Numbered from the stretch's first letter, positions 8,836 to 17,901 are shown. The stretch is 18,314 bases of DNA from a virus (IMGVR_UViG_2526164632_000031); one strand, 5' to 3'. The notes: generated by a model not told the origin, from the sequence alone. A program made the numbers and translations.

Positions 8836-9074
8836 GAATCAACCGCTCCTATGCTGTTTTCGCTATGCTTACCGTCTGGGGGGAATACATCGTCAAGTCC
8901 ACAATGAGTGCCAAGCCGATTAAGGGTAGAAACAATTTTTCTGCACTCCTCTAGTCCAGGGGTACGAAAATTTGCTTCGTAATTTGCCAGTCGGCTTTGT
9001 ATCCACCCTAACTGAACAGCAAGTTGTCTTTGAGACAGCCCAAGCTGTTTTCGATATGTTGAAATTTTGTTCAT
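8832..9074 (-). CDS. Cro-like HTH regulator (XRE family; YdaS position)
   Basis: 80 aa; HTH LGLSQRQLAVQLGWIQSRLANYE; strong GGAGG RBS; divergent from the repressor gene. Confidence 0.8.
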   Translation of the reverse strand: MNKISTYRKQLGLSQRQLAVQLGWIQSRLANYEANFRTPGLEECRKIVSTLNRLGTHCGLDDVFPPDGKHSENSIGAVDS

Positions 9075-9170
9075 TGAAAACCTCCGATGACAATTTTAAA
9101 CACACCTTGTGTTATATGGTCAAGCTGTTTTGTGTTTTATATAAATCACGATTCGTGATACAAGGATGCA
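9075..9170. promoter_or_regulatory. Divergent promoter/operator region of the immunity switch
   Basis: 96-bp intergenic region between divergent HTH genes; perfect dyad ATCACGA-T-TCGTGAT at 9145-9159 and direct repeats TTGTGTT(T)TATAT at 9107-9117 and 9129-9142. Confidence 0.6.
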
Positions 9171-9590
9171 ATGGAAAAAGAAAACGAAAAAATTGCCGCT
9201 AGTAGGCTCAATGACAAAATTGCAATGCGTCTTAAAGAGCGCAGGCAGAAGCTTGGTTTATCTCAAGGAAAACTTGCTGAAATCTGCGGATGGACGCAAT
9301 CGCGTATAGGTAACTATGAGGCGGGCAGCAGAAATGTTGGAGTGCATGACGCTGTCGTATTGGGAAAGGCACTTGGCATATCTCCTCCTGAGCTCCTATT
9401 TGGAGAACAGGAATCTTCTGAATTGTGGTTAAATGAATCCCAACGAAAACTTCTTGAGTTGTTTAACCAGCTACCGGGCTCAGAACAACAACGAATGATT
9501 GAGCTATTTGAAGTCCGGCTAAAAGAAATCGATGAGTATGTAGAAAAATATTTGAGAGGCAGGCTTAAAGATAATCCCCCACCGGAGTAA
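9171..9590 (+). CDS. CI-like prophage repressor (XRE-family HTH; RacR position)
   Basis: 139 aa; HTH LGLSQGKLAEICGWTQSRIGNYE; AAGGA RBS; followed by an intrinsic terminator. Confidence 0.8.
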   Translation: MEKENEKIAASRLNDKIAMRLKERRQKLGLSQGKLAEICGWTQSRIGNYEAGSRNVGVHDAVVLGKALGISPPELLFGEQESSELWLNESQRKLLELFNQLPGSEQQRMIELFEVRLKEIDEYVEKYLRGRLKDNPPPE

Positions 9591-9620
9591 TGATCTTGCT
9601 ATCACAGTAATATGCCAATC

Positions 9621-9645
9621 AGCCCGCTATCAGCGGGCTTTTTTG
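9621..9645 (+). terminator. Rho-independent terminator after the repressor gene
   Basis: AGCCCGCT-ATC-AGCGGGCT hairpin followed by TTTTTTG. Confidence 0.75.
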
Positions 9646-9686
9646 TACCATCATCATATGACACTCACTACAAAACACATATCGTG

Positions 9687-9715
9687 TTGACATAAGAAAA
9701 CGCATTGTGTTTAAT
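9687..9715 (+). promoter_or_regulatory. Candidate sigma-70 promoter
   Basis: TTGACA (9687-9692), 17-bp spacer, TTTAAT (9710-9715). Confidence 0.4.
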
Positions 9716-9888
9716 AAGCATATCCAAACAACGCCCCACCAGAGAACGGCAGGACAATACCTCGAGTTATCCAGCCACTGAACAGGGCTAAGTAGCCAGC
9801 CTGAGGCATACGAACATGACGGCAGTTGTTGATTGATACAAAGCGCAGTAGATAAAACGTTCCGCCACCCGGCGTTAAGGGGAAAAAG

Positions 9889-10107
9889 ATGGTTGGTGAA
9901 GATCTGGTTGTTATTAACGGTCAATTGTGCAGCAAAGATGTGGCAGCCATGCTTATTAGCAAGGTTCTTCCAACTGTGCTGGATGTCATTGCAGAAAAAG
10001 TAAAGGCTGGTCGTCCAGACAAGGAAGTTGAAGAGGCGGCAAAAACAGTTGTTCATGCCGCTACAGAAGCAATTATTTTGAAGAGCCTAGTTTCGCCCAA
10101 GCCTTAA
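9889..10107 (+). CDS. Small hypothetical protein
   Basis: 72-aa ORF with GGGG..ATG RBS context; non-repetitive composition; no recognisable family. Confidence 0.4.
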   Translation: MVGEDLVVINGQLCSKDVAAMLISKVLPTVLDVIAEKVKAGRPDKEVEEAAKTVVHAATEAIILKSLVSPKP

Positions 10108-10267
10108 GTGAATCGGCGCTTTTTTTAGCATCACGTTCATTGAGTAGTGACAAAAACTCATTCTCAGCATTCTCGATTTCCGAGAAAAATTCTTGATGAG
10201 TTGTTTCTCGCTGCGATCTGATGCTGAAAGCTAAAGCAAGTAGCCAGGCTTTGTCTTTATTATCCAT
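10073..10267 (-). CDS. Small hypothetical protein (convergent with the 72-aa ORF)
   Basis: 64-aa ORF, helical-looking charged sequence, AAGG upstream; overlaps the 3' end of the plus-strand ORF by 35 bp. Confidence 0.35.
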   Translation of the reverse strand: MDNKDKAWLLALAFSIRSQRETTHQEFFSEIENAENEFLSLLNERDAKKSADSLKAWAKLGSSK

Positions 10268-10662
10268 CGGAATACCTTATTACTGGTTGTGTGAGAACTC
10301 CAGTATACCACCGAGCCTGAAGTGGTAAAAAGACAGGCGCACAACACGAAGGCGCATTTCCGGTATTCATAAAGAGTCGGTCTTGTCTGTTAAATTTAAA
10401 TGGTGGGAGTGCGCCTCCGGTTGTAAATAACGACATTGCTATGTGTAGTCTTTGGCGGCATCAGTTCTACTCCGTGGCTGCCCTGTCGCCCCTTTTTAAA
10501 GTGAATTTTGTGATGCGGTGAATGCGGCTAAGCGCACGCGGCACAGTTAAAAGCATCAGTGTTATGGGTGGATTATCCGGCGTTAATTGTTAACTGGTTA
10601 ACGTCACCTGGAGGCACCAGGCACCGCATCGACAAAATTCATTTGTAAAAATGGAGATAATT

Positions 10663-10884
10663 ATGATTGCTCATCACTTCGGAACTGATGAAATACCACG
10701 TCAGTGTGTGACCCCTGGCGATTATGTTCTTCATGAAGGTCGGACATATATCGCCTCGGCAAACAATATTAAAAAGCGAAAACTTTATATTCGTAGCCTG
10801 ACTACAAAAACATGCATTTCTGACTGCATGATTAAAGTCTTCCTCGGTCGTGATGGTTTACCTGTAAAGGCGGAGTCATGGTAA
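10663..10884 (+). CDS. kilR: KilR-like cell-division inhibitor
   Basis: 73 aa from the ATG at 10663 (GGAG RBS 6 nt upstream); size and position (upstream of ydaE-racC-recE) match Rac kilR. Confidence 0.65.
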   Translation: MIAHHFGTDEIPRQCVTPGDYVLHEGRTYIASANNIKKRKLYIRSLTTKTCISDCMIKVFLGRDGLPVKAESW

Positions 10885-11054
10885 TGACTAAGAAAATAAA
10901 ATGTGCTTATCACCTTTGCAATAAAGAAATTGAAGAAAGCAAAATCATTACAAGACCACTTCATTTCATGCGTGGAGTTATACCAACGACGGAAATGAAA
11001 AAATATTGTAGTGAAAGTTGTGCCGAAAAAGACCAGATGGCACACGAACTTTAA
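10884..11054 (+). CDS. YdaE-like small zinc-ribbon protein
   Basis: 56-aa ORF (below the ORF-track cutoff) starting at the ATG that overlaps the kilR stop (TAATG); CAYHLC ... CSESC Cys pairs. Confidence 0.55.
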   Translation: MTKKIKCAYHLCNKEIEESKIITRPLHFMRGVIPTTEMKKYCSESCAEKDQMAHEL

Positions 11055-11128
11055 TTAACTGACTATTCGAAACTGAATTTATGCCAGCAATGGCAGGGAT
11101 TCGCTCAACCTTAATTAAGGAGAAAAAC

Positions 11129-11404
11129 ATGATTACCAGTTATGAAGCCACTGTTGTAACTACTGATGACATTGTTCACGAGGTTAATCTGGAAGGAAAG
11201 CGTATTGGCTACGTGATTAAAACAGAAAATAAAGAAACCCCATTCACTGTGGTTGATATCGACGGTCCATCAGGCAACGTTAAAACACTTAACGAAGGCG
11301 TCAAAAAAATGTGCCTGGTGCATATCGGAAAGAATCTGCCCGCAGAAAAAAAAGCCGGATTTCTGGCAACTCTGATTGCAATGAAATTAAAAGGTGAAAT
11401 CTGA
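11129..11404 (+). CDS. racC: RacC-like protein
   Basis: 91 aa from the ATG at 11129 (AAGGAG RBS); MITSYEATVVTTDDIVHEV... matches my recollection of Rac RacC. Confidence 0.7.
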   Translation: MITSYEATVVTTDDIVHEVNLEGKRIGYVIKTENKETPFTVVDIDGPSGNVKTLNEGVKKMCLVHIGKNLPAEKKAGFLATLIAMKLKGEI

Positions 11405-11504
11405 AAGAAATAGCCTGCGTATGGCGCAGGCTATGAACAGTGTGTATCCGGCAAGATTATTCACTGAACAAACGAATTTTAATCTGAGTTGAGGTTAAAA
11501 AACA

Positions 11505-14500
11505 ATGAGCACCGATAAACAAGTTTACCCACTGTATTACGAAGCAAAAAATGACAAAGTAAGAAAACGTCTCGGTATTAAAGGCGGTTTTTACTGGGCT
11601 GAAGCGAAAAAATTATCCATTGCCATCTCCCGTGGTGCTGTTGCAATTGACGATGCTGGCTACGATGAAGATGACTTCAAAAAACCTGTTCGCGTCAATT
11701 TGCCCATTGTTGATGACCTCCCGCCAGAAGGCGTATTTGATACGGAATTCTGCAACCGTTACGAAAAAGGCGGGGAAGATGGCATCACAATGGTATTTAT
11801 CGCGCCCTCCCCCTCTGCGCAGGGCAAACCAGCCAGCACTGACAACACCAATGTTAATGGCGAAGACATGACGGAGATTGAGGAGAATATGCTACTTCCG
11901 ATTTCTGGCCAGGAGCTGCCCATTCGCTGGCTTGCTCAACACGGCAGCGAAAAACCAGTAACGCACGTTTCACGCGACGAACTCCAGGCATTACACATTG
12001 CACGGGCTGAAGAACTACCGGCTGTTACTGCCCTGGCTATTTCGCATAAAACCAGTCTGCTCGACTCGCTGGAGATTCGCGACCTCCACAAACTGGTTCG
12101 TGACACTGACAAAGTTTTCCCTAATCCTGGTAATTCAGACCTGGGACTAATAACTGCTTTTTTCGAAGCATACCTGGACGCTGACTACACTGATCGGGGT
12201 CTGCTGACAAAAGAGTGGATGAAAGGAAATCGTGTTTCACGCATCACCCGCACGGCTTCCGGTGCTAATGCTGGCGGTGGGAACAAAACCGATCGCAATC
12301 CGAATTTAGTACACACCCTCGACACACTGGATGTGGAGATTGCAGCAGCCACACTTCCGATGGATTTTAATATTTATGAAATTCCGGGCAGCGTTTATCG
12401 TCGCGCAAAAGAAGTAGTCCTGAACAAAGAAAGTCCGTTCAAAGAATGGTCCGCAGCACTTCGTGCAACCCCGGGTATTCTGGACTATTCCCGCGCCGCT
12501 ATTTTTGCACTTATCCGAAGCGCACACCCTGAATTTTATCACTACCCGGGACGCCTTCAGGGGTATATCAACGCCTATTTGACGGAAACTGATCACGAGA
12601 ACCCCAGCAAGGAAACTCTCACAGCTGCCCGGCATACGCCGGAAAAAGATATCCTGGAAGAAATTAACCGCGAGGTGGTTACTGAGCGTGAAACAGAAGA
12701 AGAAAAACCACAACCATCTGACGCAATGGCAGGTGAACAGGCAACAACTGAAACAATGGAACCGGATACAACTGAACATGGCCAGAACGCGCAGTCGCTG
12801 GATGCTCAGTCGCAGGTGAGTTCCGCTAACCAAGTAAAAGTCACCGCTGACGAAGTAAACAAAATTATGCAGGCAGCCAATATCAGCCAGCCTGACGCCG
12901 ATAAGTTACTTGCTGTATCGCGTGGTGAATTTGTTGAGGGGATTAGCGACCCTAATGATCCGAAATGGGTCAAGGGGATCCAGACTCGCGATTCTGTGAA
13001 CCAGAACCAGCATGAATCGGAACGGAACGACCAAAAAGCGGAACAAAACAGCCCAAATGCGTTACAAAACGAGCCAGAAACGAAACAATCCGAACCAGTA
13101 GCGCAACAGGAACCGGAAAAAGTCTTCACCGCCTGCGGTCAGAGCGGTGGCGGCAACTGCCCTGATTGTGGCGCGGTGATGGGCGACGCAACATACCAGG
13201 AAACATTCGATGAAGAGAATCAGGTTGAAGTTCAGGAAAATGATCCGGAGGAAATGGAAGGTGCTGAACATCCGCACAAGGAGAACGCTGGCAGCAATCC
13301 GCATTGCGATTGCAGTGATGAAGCTGGTGAAGCGACAGCACCTGTAGTAACTGAAATCATGTGGCCATCATATTTCGAGCCTGGCCGCTATGAAAACCTC
13401 CCGAACGAGGTTTATCACTCCGCCAACGGAATAAGCAGCACAATGCTGAAGGATGCCCGCATCAGCCTGATGTATTACCACGGACGGCACATTGCCGGAA
13501 CTATTCTGGGCGAGGAAAGTGATGCATTGCTGCGTGGGCGGATTATTCACAGCTATGTTCTGGAAACGGATAAATTCGCTGATGAGTATGCCATTCCGGT
13601 ACCGGTTCCTGAATATGTGGTTACTACTTCTAACGAACTGATCGCCATCATTAAAAAACACAATGCCAGTCTGCCAGCACTGATGACACCAGAGCAGATG
13701 AAAGAGTGGATCGAAAGCTACAACAGCACTCTTATACAGCCACTGTCGGTAAGTGCCGGGGCCGAAGAAACAGGCATCCTTTACGGTTCGCTTCCGGAGG
13801 AATTCCGGCGTATTCCTGAGGGGGAAAAACACACAGCATCAGCAATGAAAGCCTGTATTAAAGAATACAACGCAAGCCTCCCTCCTCTGCTGAAAGCCAG
13901 TGGAACACGGGAGCAGCTCCTGGAGCAAATTGAAACTGTAGATCCAGAACTGGCAAAAAAAGAACGTGCTAAATCTTTGCCTTACAACATCAGTGGCACA
14001 AAAGAGCAATTAACCGAAATCGCCCGGAAAATTCGCCCGGAACTGGTGACACTGGAGGACTGGCAAAAATGCCAGCAAGAAGAAAACGCCGGGAAAACGT
14101 TTATCAGTCCGGATATGTATGAACAGGCAAAAAATATTCACGCAGCACTGCAAAACAATACTGATGCAGCAAGGCTACTCAACCACCCGGATCGCAAATC
14201 TGAAATCAGCTATTTCGGGTTTGATGAAGAAACCGGGCTGGAAATCAGGGTCCGTCCTGATATCGAAATCCGGCTGCCATACGAAAGCATTTGCGCCGAC
14301 GTGAAGTCAGTCAGCCTCGGTTATGTGCGACAGGAACGACTGAAAGATCGCCTGCACCGTGAAATTATTGAGCGTGATTATCACCTCAGCGCAGCAATGT
14401 ATTGCGATGTGGCAAACCTGGACAAATTTTTCTGGATCTTCGTCAACAAAGATGCTGGCTATCACTGGGTGGCCGTCGTGGAAGCCTCGCAGGAACTCCT

Positions 14501-14648
14501 GGAACTTGGTCGACAGGAATATCGCCGGACGCTACGACAGATAAACGAAGCTCTGGAGACAAACAACTGGCCAGCACCGATTACCGAAAGTTATACCGAC
14601 GAATTAAACGACTTTGATCTTCGTCGTCTTGAAGCACTGAGCATCTGA
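11505..14648 (+). CDS. recE: Exodeoxyribonuclease VIII (RecE), long 1047-aa form
   Basis: Long stretches match RecE as I recall it (TNVNGEDMTEIEENMLLPISGQELPIRWLAQHGSEKPVTHVSRD..., GNRVSRITRTASGANAGGGN..., DPNDPKWVKGIQTRD); PD-(D/E)xK exonuclease domain expected at the C-terminus. Confidence 0.9.
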   Translation: MSTDKQVYPLYYEAKNDKVRKRLGIKGGFYWAEAKKLSIAISRGAVAIDDAGYDEDDFKKPVRVNLPIVDDLPPEGVFDTEFCNRYEKGGEDGITMVFIAPSPSAQGKPASTDNTNVNGEDMTEIEENMLLPISGQELPIRWLAQHGSEKPVTHVSRDELQALHIARAEELPAVTALAISHKTSLLDSLEIRDLHKLVRDTDKVFPNPGNSDLGLITAFFEAYLDADYTDRGLLTKEWMKGNRVSRITRTASGANAGGGNKTDRNPNLVHTLDTLDVEIAAATLPMDFNIYEIPGSVYRRAKEVVLNKESPFKEWSAALRATPGILDYSRAAIFALIRSAHPEFYHYPGRLQGYINAYLTETDHENPSKETLTAARHTPEKDILEEINREVVTERETEEEKPQPSDAMAGEQATTETMEPDTTEHGQNAQSLDAQSQVSSANQVKVTADEVNKIMQAANISQPDADKLLAVSRGEFVEGISDPNDPKWVKGIQTRDSVNQNQHESERNDQKAEQNSPNALQNEPETKQSEPVAQQEPEKVFTACGQSGGGNCPDCGAVMGDATYQETFDEENQVEVQENDPEEMEGAEHPHKENAGSNPHCDCSDEAGEATAPVVTEIMWPSYFEPGRYENLPNEVYHSANGISSTMLKDARISLMYYHGRHIAGTILGEESDALLRGRIIHSYVLETDKFADEYAIPVPVPEYVVTTSNELIAIIKKHNASLPALMTPEQMKEWIESYNSTLIQPLSVSAGAEETGILYGSLPEEFRRIPEGEKHTASAMKACIKEYNASLPPLLKASGTREQLLEQIETVDPELAKKERAKSLPYNISGTKEQLTEIARKIRPELVTLEDWQKCQQEENAGKTFISPDMYEQAKNIHAALQNNTDAARLLNHPDRKSEISYFGFDEETGLEIRVRPDIEIRLPYESICADVKSVSLGYVRQERLKDRLHREIIERDYHLSAAMYCDVANLDKFFWIFVNKDAGYHWVAVVEASQELLELGRQEYRRTLRQINEALETNNWPAPITESYTDELNDFDLRRLEALSI

Positions 14649-14659
14649 GGAAGGACACA

Positions 14660-15712
14660 ATGAACGAATTAACTCAACAAGAAAATATTAACTCTAATGT
14701 TGCGGTTTTCAGCCCTCAGTCCCTGGCTGCAATTCAGACATTTTCCCAGGTAATGGCTTCCGGCATGGCTACTGTACCGGAACACCTCCGGGGAAATCCA
14801 TCAGACTGCATGGCCATCACCATGCAGGCGATGCAGTGGCAAATGAACCCTTACGCAGTAGCTCAGAAAACTTTCGTTGTGAATGGTGTGCTCGGATATG
14901 AAGCGCAACTGGTTAATGCCGTAATCAGTACTCGTGGGCCGCTAACCGGGCGTATTGAATATGACTGGTTCGGGCCGTGGGAAAAAATTATCGGGAAATT
15001 TGAAATTAGGAAGAACGACAAGGGGAAAGAATATCGTGTACCTGGCTGGAAGCTGGCCGATGAAAACGGGATCGGAGTTCGCGTCCAGGCAACACTACGC
15101 GGAGAGAGCAAGCCACGCGTACTGGAGTTACTTCTGGCGCAGGCCAGAACACGTAACTCAACGTTATGGGCCGATGATCCTCGCCAGCAGCTTGCCTATC
15201 TGGCACTGAAACGCTGGGCGCGCCTTTATTGCCCTGAAGTGATTCTTGGAGTGTACACCCGGGACGAACTGGACGAACCACAGGAAAAAATCATTAATCC
15301 GGTTCAGGAACATAAAAATACATCCGCCTGCCGTGCGGAACGTGAAACAACAATTATTGAGCAGGATGCCGGGGAAAACTGGATCAGTGCTTTCCGTGAA
15401 CGTATTGAGCAGGCACAAAGCACCGGAGAAACAACATCACTTCGCCAGGAAGTGGAAGATCATAAAAATACTCTTGGCGCTCTCTACACAGAACTTAAAG
15501 GAAAAGTGGTTCAGCGTCATCACCGTCTCAATGCTATTGCCCGTATTGAGACGATGATAAATGACCTGCCTTCATCAGGTGATCCAGAAGCAGAACAAAA
15601 ATTTATTGCTCTGGAAAATACGCTGAATGCTGCACGACCACATCTGGGAGAATTATATGAGGCGTATAAAACGACACTGACAGATATGAAACCAGAATAT
15701 ATCGGCTCCTGA
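14660..15712 (+). CDS. RecT/Redbeta-family single-strand annealing protein
   Basis: 350 aa, 12 nt after recE with GAGGA RBS; segment WADDPRQQLAYLALKRWARLYCPEVILGVYTRDELDE aligns by eye with lambda Redbeta PWQSHPKRMLRHKAMIQCARLAFGFAGIYDKDEAE. Confidence 0.7.
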   Translation: MNELTQQENINSNVAVFSPQSLAAIQTFSQVMASGMATVPEHLRGNPSDCMAITMQAMQWQMNPYAVAQKTFVVNGVLGYEAQLVNAVISTRGPLTGRIEYDWFGPWEKIIGKFEIRKNDKGKEYRVPGWKLADENGIGVRVQATLRGESKPRVLELLLAQARTRNSTLWADDPRQQLAYLALKRWARLYCPEVILGVYTRDELDEPQEKIINPVQEHKNTSACRAERETTIIEQDAGENWISAFRERIEQAQSTGETTSLRQEVEDHKNTLGALYTELKGKVVQRHHRLNAIARIETMINDLPSSGDPEAEQKFIALENTLNAARPHLGELYEAYKTTLTDMKPEYIGS

Positions 15713-15775
15713 TATTTACTATGGCGGTGTAGCCTCACCGCCATAACAAAACTTTATTTTATGAGAGAAAAGACA

Positions 15776-15970
15776 ATGCGGTATGAAAAAGTCAAACCAT
15801 GTCCGTTTTGTGGTTGTCCATCAGTAACGGTGAAAGCCATTTCAGGATATTACCGCGCAAAGTGTAACGGATGCGAATCCCGAACCGGCTATAGTGGAAG
15901 TGAAAAAGAAGCACTCGAAAGATGGAATAAACGAACTACTGGAAATAATAATGGAGGTGTTCATGTATAA
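15776..15970 (+). CDS. ralR: Lar-family restriction alleviation protein (RalR-like)
   Basis: 64 aa from ATG 15776; MRYEKVKPCPFCGCPSVTVKAISGYYRAKCNGCESRTGY zinc-finger typical of Lar/RalR. Confidence 0.8.
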   Translation: MRYEKVKPCPFCGCPSVTVKAISGYYRAKCNGCESRTGYSGSEKEALERWNKRTTGNNNGGVHV

Positions 15971-16151
15971 AATTACTGCCACTATTGAAAAGGAAGGTGG
16001 CACTCCTACTAACTGGACAAGATATTCAAAATCTAAATTAACGAAATCAGAATGCGAAAAAATGCTCTCAGGGAAAAAAGAAGCAGGCGTTTCCAGAGAG
16101 CAGAAAGTAAAGCTGATAAATTTTAATTGCGAGAAACTTCTGTCCTCGTGA
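15963..16151 (+). CDS. YdaC-like small protein
   Basis: 62 aa from ATG 15963 (GGAGGTG RBS); position between ralR and xis as in Rac. Confidence 0.5.
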   Translation: MYKITATIEKEGGTPTNWTRYSKSKLTKSECEKMLSGKKEAGVSREQKVKLINFNCEKLLSS

Positions 16152-16251
16152 GTTGCATTATATACAAATTAGAACTTCATAGCTGATTATTAAAAATCAA
16201 CCACATCCGCCAGTATTCTGTATATTTACTGGCGGTCATATCGTAAGAGGT

Positions 16252-16539
16252 ATGGCAATGAATCTTGTGACACTCAAAACGTGGGGAAAACTCAGATATC
16301 CGGATAACCCACCATCAATATCAACGCTGAGACGATGGGCAAGGAATGGAAACATTTATCCTGCACCTGAACTACACGGGAGGAGTTACAGGGTGGTTCC
16401 GGAGGCTTTCTATATCAACCCAAATAAGGTTGATACCGATATAACACACCATCAGCCTAATGGGCGACAAGGGAGAGACAGTCCGTTACTGGAGAAGTTA
16501 AAACATGCAGCGGAAAAAATACGATCCCAATTTGCCTAA
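16252..16539 (+). CDS. xis: Excisionase (lambda Xis-like)
   Basis: 95 aa; 3' end overlaps the int start as in lambda; LKTWGKLRYPDNPPSISTLRRWARNGNIYPAPELHGRSYRV resembles the Xis winged-helix. Confidence 0.75.
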   Translation: MAMNLVTLKTWGKLRYPDNPPSISTLRRWARNGNIYPAPELHGRSYRVVPEAFYINPNKVDTDITHHQPNGRQGRDSPLLEKLKHAAEKIRSQFA

Positions 16540-17581
16540 AAACTTAACATATCGAAGGAGGGACAAAGCATATTACTGGCGCAACCCTCTGACGAAAGAA
16601 GAATTTACACTAGGTAAAATTTCAAGAAGAGATGCAGTAGCGCAGGCAATTGAAGCAAATCATTATATATACAAAAACTACTCTCCTGCTGCCTTAATTG
16701 AAAAGCTTAAAGGGTTCGACTCATTTACTATGGCAGACTGGATTGAACGTTACAAAACGATTCTTATAAGGAGAAAAGTGTCCAGAAATACTTATAAAAT
16801 TCGGGTAAATCAACTGGAGACAATAAAAGAAAAATTGGGAGAGATTTTACTGACAGAAATAACCACTCGCCATATTGCCGAGTTTCTTGATTTGTGGATT
16901 GAAGGAGGGAAAAACACAATGGCAGGATCAATGCGTTCTGTGTTGTCTGATATGTTTCGTGAGGCCATTGTTGAAGGACGTATATCTCAAAATCCAGTAA
17001 CACCAACAAGAGCACCGAAAATAGTAGTTACAAGAGAACGACTGAAACTAAAGACATACAACTGCATCAGGGAGGCAGCAGATCAACTTCCGGCATGGTT
17101 CCCATTAGCTATGGATTTAGCCCTTGTAACAGGACAACGTCGCGAAGACATAACGAATATGCGGTTTAGTGATATTTATGATGATCGTCTCCACATCAGG
17201 CAAATTAAGACAGGAATGATGATTGCTATCCCCCTGTCACTCAGCCTTCCTGTCGCTGGTCTACGGCTTGGTACAGTAGTTGAACAGTGCCGCCTGGTAA
17301 GCCGGGGAGATTATCTAATCAGTGCCGGGATTAGAAAAAACAGCCCTGACGGCAGCATTCACCCGGATGGCCTGACAAAAAAATTTGTCGCAGCCAGAAA
17401 ATTAACAGGTATCCAGTTCAGTGAAAACCCACCAACTTTTCACGAGATCAGAAGTCTGGCTGGACGATTGTACAAAGAAACATGTGGAGAAGAATTTGCT
17501 CAGCGTCTACTTGGCCACACATCGGAGAAGACAACAAAAATGTACCTTGATGAGAGAGAAAAAACGTACGTACTGCTCTGA
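16505..17581 (+). CDS. int: Lambda-family tyrosine integrase
   Basis: 358 aa; C-terminal catalytic region [11 protein letters not shown] ... [16 protein letters not shown] with the conserved His and catalytic Tyr. Confidence 0.95.
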   Translation: MQRKKYDPNLPKNLTYRRRDKAYYWRNPLTKEEFTLGKISRRDAVAQAIEANHYIYKNYSPAALIEKLKGFDSFTMADWIERYKTILIRRKVSRNTYKIRVNQLETIKEKLGEILLTEITTRHIAEFLDLWIEGGKNTMAGSMRSVLSDMFREAIVEGRISQNPVTPTRAPKIVVTRERLKLKTYNCIREAADQLPAWFPLAMDLALVTGQRREDITNMRFSDIYDDRLHIRQIKTGMMIAIPLSLSLPVAGLRLGTVVEQCRLVSRGDYLISAGIRKNSPDGSIHPDGLTKKFVAARKLTGIQFSENPPTFHEIRSLAGRLYKETCGEEFAQRLLGHTSEKTTKMYLDEREKTYVLL

Positions 17582-17895
17582 TTTTAACGTAAATGGATTG
17601 TTAAATGTATTTTGGTTGTGATATAACCAAAAAAGACCGGAATACAGAAATTCGAGTAAATTTCGGGGAATTTCGGGGAGACGTTTACAACTGATTGATT
17701 TTAAATACAATTAAAAAAGACCGAATACGATTCCTGTATTCGGTCCAGGGAAATGGCTCTTGGGAGAGAGCCGTGCGCTAAAAGTTGGCATTAATGCAGG
17801 CTTAGTTGCCTTGCCCTTTAAGAATAGATGACGACGCCAGGTTTTCCAGTTTGCGTGCAAAATGGTCAATAAAAAGCGTGGTGGTCATCAGCTGA
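17582..17895. other. Prophage/host junction region containing the int-proximal attachment site (core not identified)
   Basis: Non-coding; direct repeats AAAAAAGACCG(G)AATAC at 17629-17645 and 17713-17728; tandem AATTTCGGGG x2 at 17659-17678. Confidence 0.4.
17713..17745 (-). terminator. Hairpin plus T-tract (minus-strand orientation)
   Basis: GACCGAATAC-GATTCCT-GTATTCGGTC (10-bp stem) preceded on the plus strand by AAAAAA, i.e. followed by TTTTTT on the minus strand. Confidence 0.4.
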
Positions 17896-17901
17896 AATGT
17901 T

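Larger units (their letters stand above)
954..17745. mobile_element. Cryptic Rac/Qin-like lambdoid prophage (early, replication, nin and recombination regions); right boundary approximate
   Basis: Contiguous phage gene order int-xis-ydaC-ralR-SSAP-recE-racC-ydaE-kilR ... repressor / cro-like-ydaT-like-O-like-DnaC-like ... hok-DUF1367-DUF1364; flanked by IS on the left and host yebY on the right. Confidence 0.7.

Noticed and set aside
9619-10056. 145-aa minus-strand ORF downstream of the repressor gene
   Set aside because: Translation is Cys/Trp/Phe-rich and low-complexity-looking, overlaps the candidate promoter and the plus-strand 72-aa ORF, and has no convincing RBS; most likely a chance open frame.
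12306-13832. Several minus-strand ORFs (175, 107, 80, 71, 154 aa) inside recE
   Set aside because: They lie entirely within the well-supported recE frame on the opposite strand and have Cys/Phe-rich compositions typical of antisense shadow ORFs.
17659-17678. Tandem AATTTCGGGG repeat as a CRISPR or other array
   Set aside because: Only two 10-bp copies with no spacers; no CRISPR-like repeat-spacer periodicity anywhere in the window.
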